DNA from: Diplonema japonicum
Lineage: Eukaryota; Protista; Euglenozoa: Diplonemea
Length of the DNA: 64,000 nucleotides
Assembly: GCA_964019335.1 (NCBI GenBank)
Contig: OZ025662.1
Coordinates: 372,001-436,000 of the forward strand
Reading direction: 5' to 3'
This document shows positions 1 to 10,900 of the stretch, piece after piece. Below the pieces are notes generated by a model. That model was not told where the DNA came from and did no database searches. It worked only from the letters and a program-made list of their open reading frames with translations. A program made the position numbers and the translations under genes. Positions within the stretch are counted from its first letter, which is position 1, and every line of letters starts with the position of its first letter.

Positions 1-240
1 GCAGACGGTCCCGTTCTCGGTCCTCCTGGTCTTAAGATTTGGTTTGAAAGCACTACCACCATCGCGGAGCCCGCCACTCCTTGCCGTGCTACAATTGCAA
101 CAACGGACTTCGAGACCTTGCTCCCTGTTAGCGGGATGGGTGTCTTGCACCTCCCGCAGACTTACTACCACCTTTTCAACAGCGATGAAAACCACGTATC
201 TAGGAACCAGTCTCCATGTTGGCCGTTCGATGCGTCCTGA
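1..240 (+). CDS. 3' end of an unknown protein (5'-partial)
   Basis: Frame 1 is open from base 1 (ADGPVLGPPGLKIWFES...SPCWPFDAS) to TGA at 238-240, followed by an A-rich tract like those after other genes here. Confidence 0.6.
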   Translation, partial: ADGPVLGPPGLKIWFESTTTIAEPATPCRATIATTDFETLLPVSGMGVLHLPQTYYHLFNSDENHVSRNQSPCWPFDAS

Positions 241-487
241 TCTTACACATGGTCGCTGGAAGAAAGAGAGGAAAAAGAAAGAGAAGAAAAAAAAAAAAGA
301 AGAGAGGGAAAAGTGAGAGATCTTTACCTTTTTTTTTTTTGAGTAGTGAAAGTAGTGAAATCTTCCAATTCTGCTTTACGGTCATCTTCTCCCACTCCAA
401 ACCCCCACAGTGGTCAGAACGTGTACTTTTCACATTGGTTGGCAGGGGGAGAGGGAGGAGGGAAGGGAGAGAGGGGGTGAAAAAGAA

Positions 488-967
488 ATGGCCCCAGGGA
501 ATGAAATCCCTTTGGGGAGCTTGGGGTTTGATGCTATGTTCTCCGCAACGCAGATCGGGACGATTCAAGGATTGCACTATGTGGTGCTGTGCGTCGTGCT
601 GCAGGTGGCGAGTTGGGTACAGGGGAATACTGCTGAGGTCAGGCACGTATTCTTGGTGGAACCCCTTGGTGCGGAGGCGTTCACTCTCACAGCAGTGCAC
701 GCTGTGAGTTCTCTCGCCACCGGCTATTTCATATTTTTAATAGCTGAGCGCAGCCGGAAATGTCTCGACCAGTCAGCCACCATCTACTTCCTACACTTCC
801 TGCTGTGTTGCACTCTGATCGCCTTCCCGATATCACTGGCATTCTATTTCCTGCTTTTCTTTACGTTTGCTCTGACATTCTTTTCTTCGCGATATCTATG
901 CATGGCAAAGGAGCAGTCAGAGGTCACTCTGGATCGGAAGAGATCGCAAGGCGCGACCACAGTTTAA
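488..967 (+). CDS. SYS1: SYS1-family Golgi membrane trafficking protein
   Basis: ATG at 488 within ORF 410-967. About four hydrophobic segments; motifs 'QI..IQ..HY', 'ERSRKCLDQSATIYFLHFLLC' and 'YLCMAKEQSEV' match the SYS1 pattern R.K.CLDF..T.h..H and EYLCM..E. Confidence 0.8.
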   Translation: MAPGNEIPLGSLGFDAMFSATQIGTIQGLHYVVLCVVLQVASWVQGNTAEVRHVFLVEPLGAEAFTLTAVHAVSSLATGYFIFLIAERSRKCLDQSATIYFLHFLLCCTLIAFPISLAFYFLLFFTFALTFFSSRYLCMAKEQSEVTLDRKRSQGATTV

Positions 968-1111
968 AAAAAAAAAGAAAAAAGAGGAAAAAGAAAATGA
1001 CAAAAATAAGGGCATTGCACACATTTAAAAAAGAAAAGAAAGAGAGCAAAACGAAATCACACCATCAAAGGAAGGGCTGAACACACACCAGAGAAAAAAA
1101 GAACAGGAAAG

Positions 1112-1226
1112 ATGTCCATAGACTTCACGACAAAAGCTGTGGAGCTGGCTAGAAAAGCAGCGGAACACGACGAGAAAAAGGAATACGAACAGGCTCATGC
1201 AAACTATGTTATGGTATGGGAGAGGC

Positions 1227-1261
<35 letters not shown>

Positions 1262-2494
1262 ATTTTTTTTTCTCCTCATCAGGCAATCGAAAGATTTCTT
1301 ACCGCGGTTAAGTACGAGAAGGAAAAAAGAAAGAGGGACATTTTGAAGGCGAAGGCGGGGGATCTGGCGGACCGCGCAGAGAAAATAAAGGAATATCTCG
1401 ATAATGCAAAAGAGAACGATGGGGGCGGAGGAGGGGGCAGCGCACAAGCAACGAAATCAAAAGCACAACAAAAAAAAAAAGATGAAGACGAAGACAAGCT
1501 CAAGGCCAACCTCGAAGGCGCCATTGTGAAAGAAAAACCAAACGTCTCATGGGACGATATCGCAGGACTGGAAGCCGCGAAGGACGCACTTCGAGAAGCC
1601 GTCATCCTTCCCATCAAATTCCCACAACTCTTCACGGGAAAAAGAAAACCTTGGAGGGGCATTCTCATGTACGGCCCCCCCGGCACTGGTAAAACATACC
1701 TTGCAAAGGCAGTTGCAACAGAGTCAAACACAACCTTCTTCAGTGTGTCATCTGCCGATATTATGTCAAAGTGGGTCGGCGAATCCGAAAAGCTAGTCCG
1801 CAATCTTTTCAACATTGCAAGGGAGAACAAACCGTCGATTATTTTCGTTGACGAAATTGACAGTTTATGCAGTGCGAGAGGTGCTGGGGACAACGAGTCA
1901 GCTTCGAGAGTTAAAACGGAATTTTTGGTTCAAATGCAAGGGGTTGGGAACGACGATACTGGGGTATTGGTTCTCGCTGCCACCAACTTGCCGTGGCAGC
2001 TTGACAGTGCCATTAGAAGGAGATTTGAGAGACGAATTGAAATCCCGATCCCCGATGCTCCTGCACGGGCTCATATGTTTAAAATCCATCTCGGAACTAC
2101 TCCTCACACTCTTTCTGAGGCAAATTTCGACGAGCTCGGCCGTCTTTCCGAAAGATATTCTGGATCTGACATCAACGTCTTGGTTCGGTCAGCCATGATG
2201 GAGCCGGTCCGCACGCTGCAGATAGCTACTCACTTCAAGACCGTGTCAGGCCCTGACCCTGATGACCCGACAAAGATTATTCCCAACAGGCTGACGCCGT
2301 GCTCTCCCGGCGACCCTGCCGGAAAGGAGATGTCTCTTCTGAAGATCCCCGACCCTCGTATGGTGCTGCCTCCTGATGTTTCTATGGACGACTTTTTGAA
2401 GGCTTTCAAGAACGCCCGGCCTTCCGTCTCTGAAGAGGATATTGGTGAACATAAGAAGGTATTTTTTTTTTTTTTTTTTTTTTTTTTTGTGGGG

Positions 2495-2539
<45 letters not shown>

Positions 2540-2572
2540 CAGTTCACGATGGATTTCGGTCAAGAAGGGTGA
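1112..2572 (+). CDS. VPS4: VPS4 AAA-ATPase (ESCRT disassembly); exons 1112-1213, 1283-2458, 2543-2572
   Basis: N-terminal MIT domain ([28 protein letters not shown]), Walker A GPPGTGKT, Walker [25 protein letters not shown], beta-domain 'LTPCSPGDP', C-terminus FTMDFGQEG. Removing two GT-AG introns gives the canonical protein. Confidence 0.97.
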
Positions 2573-2606
2573 GAATATGGGTTTTTTTTTTCTTTTTTTT
2601 TTTTAA

Positions 2607-3857
2607 CCCATAAAGGACCGCTATTTTTTCGTCTAAAAAGTCGATTTTGAACTTTTCGTTCAAATACCAAAATAAAATGGCGAGGGTGGAGTTAGAGGGT
2701 GTGTACCTATATTATTTTCACTACCCCATTTCTGGAGCGCGAAGCGGCCTGCATTTCAGCCCCAGACGCGCTTATTCAGCGTGCAGGGTGGGCTGGTTAT
2801 TTTTTTTTCACCACTTATGGCTGTTCTTTGAACACAAGGTCCGAGGTGCCGCAGATATGCGACTTGTCCAATTTAAACGTATTTTTATTTTCAAGTGGTT
2901 TTCAAGAGGTTTTCAGGTGGTTTTTTAAGGTGTTGTTAGTGTGGAAAAATTCGAAACAGGGCACAGGGCACAGGGCACATTGCTACGTTGCAATCTCTGC
3001 ACGAGAACATGGCCTGGGTGCGTTTTTTCTCTAATTTGTTGCACACAGTGCAATTCCGTGCCTTTTGCATCTTTTCAGGACACATTAAAGGTGCACAATT
3101 GGGTACATACAGGGATGACCAAGAAGGAACCACAAGATTTATAAGATTGCGCCCTTTAGCCATTCTGTCTCCTTCTCCTCCACCAGGGGGCAACCCAAAC
3201 CGCATTTGGCGCATTATTTTTAGGAGCCTGTTTATTTCCATTACCGTTCTGAAATATTGTGAATATGGGGTATCTGTGAGTTCATCCTGTGCCCAGTAGA
3301 CCTTGATATCTGTCTTGATTATGAGCCTGTAAGTATCTAAAAGCCTCTATACCACTCGAATGGCTTGCTGCCCACCCCACGATAGCCTTTTAGAGCCGCA
3401 GGAGTGAAAAACAAACTCAAAGTACAGGACAAGCCCCCTGCTGGAGGGCCGCCCTATCAAAAACAAAGGAAAAACCTCCAGCCCGTTGAGACCCACTACT
3501 GGTACACTTGGACCTGGTACCTTGCGAAATATTTTCCTCCCCACCTTCTCGATTTTGTCATCCTATTCCATATCCGGGATATCCCCATCATCCGGTGACA
3601 CTGGCCCTTCTTCAGAAGTACTTTCGGCACTACTCCTTATGGGGTGTAAAAAAACAATGTCTGTGCCACTATTTTTTTCCTCCGATTTTTTTCCTTGCAG
3701 TTTGGATGCAAAAATTTACGAGCGATATAGCGTTCAGTATAAAAAAAGTCGCGCAATAAGGCCCCTCTTTAAAGAGTGGGCATGCAGAGCACTAAAAATG
3801 CCTTAGCAGAATTTTAAATTTTTTTTAGCTGAATAATCAGCTCCGGTCCTTTATGGG
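2607..3857 (-). mobile_element. Non-autonomous piggyBac derivative, copy 1 (1,251 bp)
   Basis: TTAA at 2603-2606 and 3858-3861; 14-bp TIR CCCATAAAGGACCG / CGGTCCTTTATGGG. Minus-strand transposase remnants: 'IFRKVPGP...LEVFPLF', 'LIIKTDIKVYWAQDELTDTPY...MEINRLLKIMRQMRF...DRMAKGRNLIN' and the C-terminal Cys-rich domain 'CTVC...FSCRDCNVAMCPVPC..F..F.H'. Confidence 0.93.
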
Positions 3858-4715
3858 TTAAAAAAAAATTACGGGGATCTTTTTATGAAACAGTATTTTT
3901 ATAAAAAAAAAAGAAAAGAAAAAAGCCTGTGTGTTTGTGGTTGCTAAAAAAAAAAAAAAAAAAAAAAAACATTTTTTTTTTCTTACTGAGATTTTTTTTT
4001 TCTCTCTTTCGGGTTAATAGGAGGGAAATGGTTGTTTTTTCGTTTCCCTCTCTTTTTTTCTTCTTTTTTTCTTCTTTTTTTCTTCTTTTTTTCCTGTTTA
4101 TCTCTGCCCCTTTTCCCCTCAAAAAAAAAAGGTGTTTCGCTCCTTTGTTACAGTTTCAGATCTTCTCCCTCCCTTTATTTCTTCCCCCAAAGAGAAAGAA
4201 AAAAGCCCTTTTTTCAGAATTTGCGCAAAATACACTGTCCTTTTTTTTCTTCCAAATCTCCTGCTACTTTTTTTCCCCCACCAGCTTCCCCTTTCTCTTT
4301 TTAGTTCTTTTATTCAATACTGCTTCCCCCCTATCCTCTCACCCAGCCTCTGGACCGAGTGGGGGGGGGGGGGGGGGTGAGCAAAAGAAAGTAAAAAAAT
4401 GTGCATTTCAGGGGGAGGGGGTGAGTAAAAAAAAAGTGAATTATACTCGTAAAGGTGAAAGGTGGTACGGGGGGGGGAGCTATTTTTATTTTAAGGGGGT
4501 GCTATTTTTTTTTCCTTTTCCTTTTTTTTCGTCTCCTTTTTTTCGTTGTCTAACCGTTGCCCCCCCCCCGTCGTTTTTTTTTCTCAATAAAGCTCTCTGT
4601 TTTTGTTTTGTTTTTTATTCAAATCAACAACAAAAAATCAGAGAGTGGGGAGAAAAAAAAGAAGGAAATAAATAAATAAAAAAAAAGCGTTCTTCCCGAC
4701 AGCAATCAAAACCAG

Positions 4716-5483
4716 ATGGCTGTTGCAGTCCTTGTGGCCATCGCAGCGAAATGTATTGTGACAAATGAAAAGGCCCCCTTGGACGATGTAACGGTGCCCT
4801 TCAGCAACATCAAGGAAGACACAAGCATGGTGACGCAAGACCTCATCAAGGAGGCCCGGATGGGCTGCGGCAAGGGAACCGTCAATGTGCCCGTTCTGTG
4901 CAAGGTTCAGACTTACGACAGTTGCGGCAATGCTGAAGGGGAAATGGCCAACGAGACATCTATACAAGCCGATGTGAAAGCCTTAGGGGAGCAAGGATGG
5001 ATACAGGTAAGCAACGTAGTTCACTCCACTGGCAACGAGTTCAGATTTCACTTCACCGCTGACAAGGTGGGGGTGTACCAAGTATCTCTAAACATTACAT
5101 TCCCGCTGTCAGTTGTCGTCCAGAAAACCCTAGTTGTAATGTCAGACACAGTACAGTCGTGCACGACCCTCCCGCAGCACAGTCAGGCCAGGGAAGCCAT
5201 CGAGGCAGGTACGCGTTATAGTGATCTTACCTCGACTGTAACCACCTTCAAGCACCCCACCCCTGCCTCTGTTGTGCTGAGGGAGAACGCTATTCGCAGT
5301 GCCGCCACGCATAATGGTATTCTGCAGACTCTTGACGTCCCCCGAGGGCTGCCCCCGCCCACGCAATTCCCTGCGCTCGGACACACTCATCCCAACAACA
5401 TCCTCAAACACACTACACCACCTACCACAACCTTTCTTGGCCTGCCAGACGGCTTTTGCCAAACATTTGATAAGTCTTATTAG
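4716..5483 (+). CDS. Hypothetical protein with a probable filamin-type Ig-like domain
   Basis: 255-aa ORF with host-like codon usage. Beta-strand pattern 'CKVQTYDSCGN...FRFHFTADKVGVYQVSLNI' resembles filamin repeats; Pro/Thr-rich tail. Confidence 0.6.
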   Translation: MAVAVLVAIAAKCIVTNEKAPLDDVTVPFSNIKEDTSMVTQDLIKEARMGCGKGTVNVPVLCKVQTYDSCGNAEGEMANETSIQADVKALGEQGWIQVSNVVHSTGNEFRFHFTADKVGVYQVSLNITFPLSVVVQKTLVVMSDTVQSCTTLPQHSQAREAIEAGTRYSDLTSTVTTFKHPTPASVVLRENAIRSAATHNGILQTLDVPRGLPPPTQFPALGHTHPNNILKHTTPPTTTFLGLPDGFCQTFDKSY

Positions 5484-5485
5484 TT

Positions 5486-5518
<33 letters not shown>

Positions 5519-5649
5519 CCGGTAAGGTTCGGTCAGGTTCTTTTTTTTCCCCTTTTCTTTTTTTTCATACTGTAAAACCGATAAAGTTTGAACGTACCCC
5601 CCTCCCTCAGGTGAAGGTTGGCAACCCCTTTGGAGGAACAACAAAGCAA

Positions 5650-7653
5650 ATGTCAACATATGACTTCATAGGAGGGAAGCTCGGCAAGGCGGTTGAGGAC
5701 ACGTCGCACAGCGAGGCGATTCTGCCTTATGTGTTCAGCGTGTTTAATAAGGTAGGGGGCGAAGGCTCCGTGGAGACATGCATGGAGGAGCTGAAGGATG
5801 TTGGGGTGAAGGAAGGACTGAGAGAATTCGTAGAAGAGGTACTAGAGTTCATGAAGAACAAGACGGAGGGAGGCGAGGAGCAGAGGAAACGTGCGAGGAG
5901 TGACGAAGATGAAGAGCCTGGTGAGGCTAAAAAGCAAGCACGGAACGACAGAGGTGGGAACCCTGTTCGCAGAGGCAGGTTCCAAAACGCTGACAGCGAC
6001 GACGAGGACGAAGATGACGATCACGAAGTAGCTGAGGAGCACCCGATGCTCGGGGCAGCAACCACGACCACTACTAACATCAACATCAACACTAACATCA
6101 ACACCAACATCAACACTAACACCAACACAGTAGCATCTACGACCGCCTCCACCATGCAGGGTTTGGGGAGCATTCCGGCACCGCCCCCACCCCCCCCTCC
6201 CGTGCCCACCAGGGAATCTGCAAACATGCACATAAACAAGCCCCCACACTTAAGCAAAAACTGGGGCGGAAAAGGGCAGCGAGGAAGCACAGGCCCCCCC
6301 AGAATCACCCCCGAACTTCTCACCGGCAACAACCTCAGCTCTCTCCTCACGCCCTCTGCGCTTTCCAACATCACATCCACCCTACGCCTCAACCTTGGAC
6401 AGACCCAGCAGCCCTTGGCTCCTATCATACCCCAGACACCGGAGATTCCCAGAGCTGATGATAACTTGGTATGCCTCTTGTCGCCTTTTTACCTACCCCA
6501 GACCGCGCTTCTTTCACAATTGCAGCAGCAACAGCAACAGCAGCAACAACCACAGCAACAACTACCCCTCGCAGACAAGCCCCTGCCTGTGGACCTCAAT
6601 TCGCTTCTCCAGACAGTGGTATGTTCTGACAGTGCGGTACGCACCCCACCACACAGACACCGTCGCCCCCCCAGCCAGTTGACGCTTTCCTCGGACAAAC
6701 GGGCAGCGACTCTAAACGTATGTGCTAGTTTTTTTAAATGGCAGGGATGACCAAAAGCAAAACAAAACTACGCAGGTGGGGACATGGTCTCGCAGCTCCA
6801 ACAGTTGCAGCAAAAGGACAACGAAAAGCAGCACAAGAAACAGGTACAGCGACTGGGCGCGATTCTGGTGCTGTGCAAGGTGCAGGCACACATGAACACC
6901 GAGACAGGGATCAAAATGCACTTCGACAAATTTGGGAAGGTGAACCTGGTGCTCTGCTCCGTGACGACGAGCAAAGCGTACGTCGTGTTCGCAAAGGTGT
7001 CGGAGTGCACTGCAGCGAAAGAGAGCTTCGAAGCGGTGATGGGGAACAGGTTCATCATGGTGTACCCCTGCGGGACGTCCGACGTGGAGGATATGATCAA
7101 GATACCGTTAAAGCCCTTCCAGGTCCAGAAGAGCGACGACGAAATTGCGACTATGGAGAAAGACGTGAGAGAAGCAAAAGCACTGTTAGAAGGACTTGAA
7201 TCACAAGCCCAAGCGGACCCTGAAGACGAAACTATGAAGGCGGATGTTGAAAAAGCAGCTGCGACGCTGGCGGAGCTTCAACAGGAGCTGAGTGCTTTGA
7301 AGGCGTCGAAAGCATCTAACGAAGCGGTCCACACCCCCGTCAAGCCCACTGAGAAGAAGCCATGGTGGGCCACTACCCGTTCAAACACCTTTGACAACAG
7401 GTCCAGGAAGCTCACCGTCTCCAACATCCCTGAAAGCTCCTCGCTACTCAAGCAGAAGGACCACTTCGCGCAGTTCGGAGAAGTTAAAACCTTCGAGCCC
7501 TCTGAGGAAACCGTAATCGTCGAATATTCATTAAGATGGCAGGTATGATATGACTTCAGCTCTCCTCCATAGTAATATAACACACAACAGGCCGAGAAAT
7601 GCCAAGCTTCGCTTCTGGCCACCGAGCCCGACGTTAAGGTCGAGTTCATGTGA
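5650..7653 (+). CDS. RBM26/RBM27-like RNA-binding protein (PWI-like, 2 RRM, coiled coil); introns 6469-6501 (in-frame, tentative), 6619-6656, 6718-6775, 7543-7590
   Basis: N-terminal PWI-like helices; RRM1 'HFDKFGKVNLV...AYVVF...EAVMGNRFIMVY' (cf. RBM26 EAVLNNRFIKVYW); 'DNRSRKLTVSNI...HFAQFGEV' RRM2. GT-AG introns join the frames of ORFs 5299 and 6784. Confidence 0.85.
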
Positions 7654-7984
7654 AAGTATACAAATTATAAGAAGAAATAGTGTGTTTTTTTTCTTTTCTT
7701 TTTTCTTTTTTTTCTTTTCTTTTTCGCAAGAACGAGTCTTTGACTTGTCTAAACAAAAAGGGGAACGTTGGCAACGTGTTTACGAGTTTTATAAATCTTT
7801 CTCCAGGTTTCTCAGTTCCTCTTTTTTTTTTTTTTTTATATTGTTGCTTAACATACCCTTACCGATTAGTTAGTTCTTTGTTTTTTTTTTCTTTTTTTCT
7901 TTCTTTCTCTTTTTGAGGAATTATATGTACTTTCCTACGTTTTCTTTTAACAAGCCCATTCAATTCAGGTCCCAGGGACATGCC

Positions 7985-10900
7985 ATGTCGCATGAGGGGC
8001 AGTGGGCGTACCCCGTGCGAGAGGTCCTCTCAAATGATATGAAAGAAGCGGCACGCGTCTTGAGGGTCAGAGAACATGAACTGCAAGACGCGCAAAAGAG
8101 ACACAGGCAGCTTGAAGAAAAGCTGCAGCAGAAGGATGACAACATCTCGGGGCTGCTGGACAGGGTAGTATTTCTCGAAACAGAGGTTGCAAAGGAGCGA
8201 ATATCTATACAGGAGGCCGATGCCAAGTCGCGTGCCTCAGACCGCACGTCGTCTGAGCTGATCGTTGTGAACACCAAGCTTCGCGAGGAGCTTGGCCGTC
8301 TCAATAGGGACCTTTCAAAGGTCACAACACTCCCTTCGTCGCAAGCCACCACCGAGACGTATAAACAAGACATCGAGGCTGCTCAATACGAGCAAGCCAT
8401 GCAGCTGCGGGAGGTCTGGCACGGTATTTTAAAACTGGAGAGAGTGCTGGAAATGGACGACGACAACGACGCACTGGCCAATACCATTGTCGGCAAATGG
8501 GGTTGGGATGAATCGGAAGCAACGGAAATTGGTATCGGGCTTGAAGGTGACCGCCTTATGCGTGGCATCCCCAGCACGGTGTGGATCACCGCAAGGGACG
8601 GGAGCGGGCAAGGCGCCGACCTTCCGCAATGCGCACAGATCGTCGTGAAAGCTAGCAGTGAAGAACAGCCTAACCGACTTGTCCTTGTTGGATACGGTGG
8701 CCTCCACCTCGATGGGATCAGGAGGGTGTCCCCAAACACCTGGAGTGTGAGGTGCACTGCAAGCGAGGGCAGGGGGCAGGACCGTGTCGGCATACGTCTC
8801 CTCACCTCCAGCGGCGCCCTCATGGCGGCCCGCACCCTCCCTGTTGTGGGGGGGACAACTTCGTTGGACAACACTTCCGCTATCAGGTCGTCGGGACTGG
8901 GCGAAATCATGGAGCTGGAACGGTCGGGCATCATGGCAGACAGGGAATGGAGCGAGCCGAACCTTGCACACTGTGACCTGCACTTCAGCCCCGATCCTGT
9001 GGGACCCGGGGGGGTGGTGAAGGCGACCCTTTCTCTGCGAGACTACGATGGTGCATTGTTGCAGGCTGCGCCGGAGGGTTTGCAGTGTGCAGTGCGCGGG
9101 GGAAGTGGGGTGACGGCAGGGTCCCTCACAGCACCGAAGGCACAGCACGGCTCGGTGTGCTTCTCGTTCAATGCATCACAAGACCACGGGACGGCAAGGG
9201 TGGCAGCAGTGGTGTCTGTCGAGGGGGGCGTGTCAGTCTCCTTGGAGGGCAGCGTCGCTGTGCGGAAGATCCCAATGTCGTCGGCTGTCTGCGAGTTCCC
9301 CTTGAAGCTCAGGTCCATCAGGGGCATCATCAAGTCCATCATGCGTTCCTTGCGTCAGAACGAGCAGAGACTGAACGCTCAAGAAAACCTTATTGCAAAT
9401 CTTGAGAACAGCCGCCCTTCACAGCCAGTTGCCGAGAAGATGGCGTTCCTTGAGGCACTTGTCGACGAGCAGCGAGAGGCACTGTCTTTCAGCGATGCGG
9501 AAATTTCGGGACTGACTGCTAGCTTAGAAGACGCGATGCGAGAAATCCATCAGAACAAAGAACTCGAGAGGGGGCTGAAGACTAAAATAGACATTCTAGA
9601 ACGACAACTGGCGTCAAGCGAGTGGGATCGCTTGGATACTGCTGCACAGTCGAACGAGAGGTTGATCAGCGCGCTGTGTGTGCTGCCGCCCACCCAGCAA
9701 CTGAACGAGATCCTCCAAGAGTACGCTGGCATCAAGCGGTCTGCTGTGAACATTCACGATGCGATCCCGAAGGAAGTAGAACACCTGCGAGATGCACTGA
9801 ACGCAGCAGAAGAACGATGCAGAGAGTTGATGAAAGAGCTGTCGGGTGTGAGCGCTGCTGACCAGCTGAAGGAACTGCTGTCTAAGGTCGAAGGGGTGTC
9901 GGACTCACTTGTTGTGTCTGGCGAGAATTTCAAAAAACTGGAGGAAGCAATGCACCCGAAGGAAGCTCCTCTCGAGCTCGCCTCAGTTGTTCAGAAGCTT
10001 AAGGAGTCAGAGCAACGTATCAAGCAGCAGGACCAGGAACTGGAAGACCTGCGACGCCAGTTGGACGCACAGCAGCCCGCCAACCTCCCCCTTGCGCAGC
10101 GCATCGACAACATACGCCGCAGGAGCACAGCCCTAGAGTCAGACATGAAGAATGTTCTGATTGACTTACCTGAGCCAGCCCTCGAACCCGAAGCCTTGAC
10201 GAGAGCCAGGGAGCTTGTCTCTTTCCTCAACGGGCACGAAAGCATCTACAACCACCCCCAGCACAACAGCCTCTTCGAAGAAGAGCAGCTGAAGCGTGAA
10301 ATTATTACCCTTGCCGAGGATAGCGAGGCTGCCAGTAGTGCATCACTATGCAAAGCCGAGCAAGCGACCTTAGAGAGCAATGAGCGGGCTGGGAAGATGA
10401 ATGCCTCTCTTGTGTCTACACTGGAAGAAGCTTGGAGAGCGCATTCAGAGGAGCGAGACACTGACACGCAGCAGAAGGACAACGTCTTCGTTATGGAATG
10501 CCTGCAACGCGAAATTGTGACACTTAAGGAAATAGCTGCTTTTAATTACACACTGTACCAGCGACAGAGGGACAGACCGCAAAGCACTGCGAAGACCTCC
10601 GAGCTCGAAGAATTTGTCACAACGCTCAAAAGTGAGAGAGCATCGTATGACACCGAGTTGCACCACTTTGTCAAGCAGCTTGAAGGGGAGAAGGCAGCTC
10701 TTGAAGCGGAGCTACACATATCAAAGCAGCTCATCGAAAAGAATGAGCGTGCAACCCCTTTCGAGAGTGACGAGACGACACGCAGCACGGCGGAAATTGT
10801 TAGGCTGCGTTCTCTTGTCGAGAGCCTTGAAGCAGAGAAGGCAGCTCTCGAAGCGACCAACACTAAGGAGCTGACCCAACTGGGATCAGTTGAAGGGGAG

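Noticed and set aside
3486-3806. ORF containing 'SEVLSALLLMGCKK', superficially like a piggyBac helix
   Set aside because: It lies on the opposite strand to all other transposase remnants in both copies; probably coincidental.
3883-4675. Poly-F/poly-K ORFs here and in other spacers, including the N-terminal extensions of ORFs 5299, 40194, 46692, 47374 and 52480
   Set aside because: Translations of intergenic homopolymer tracts; real starts were placed at downstream ATGs.
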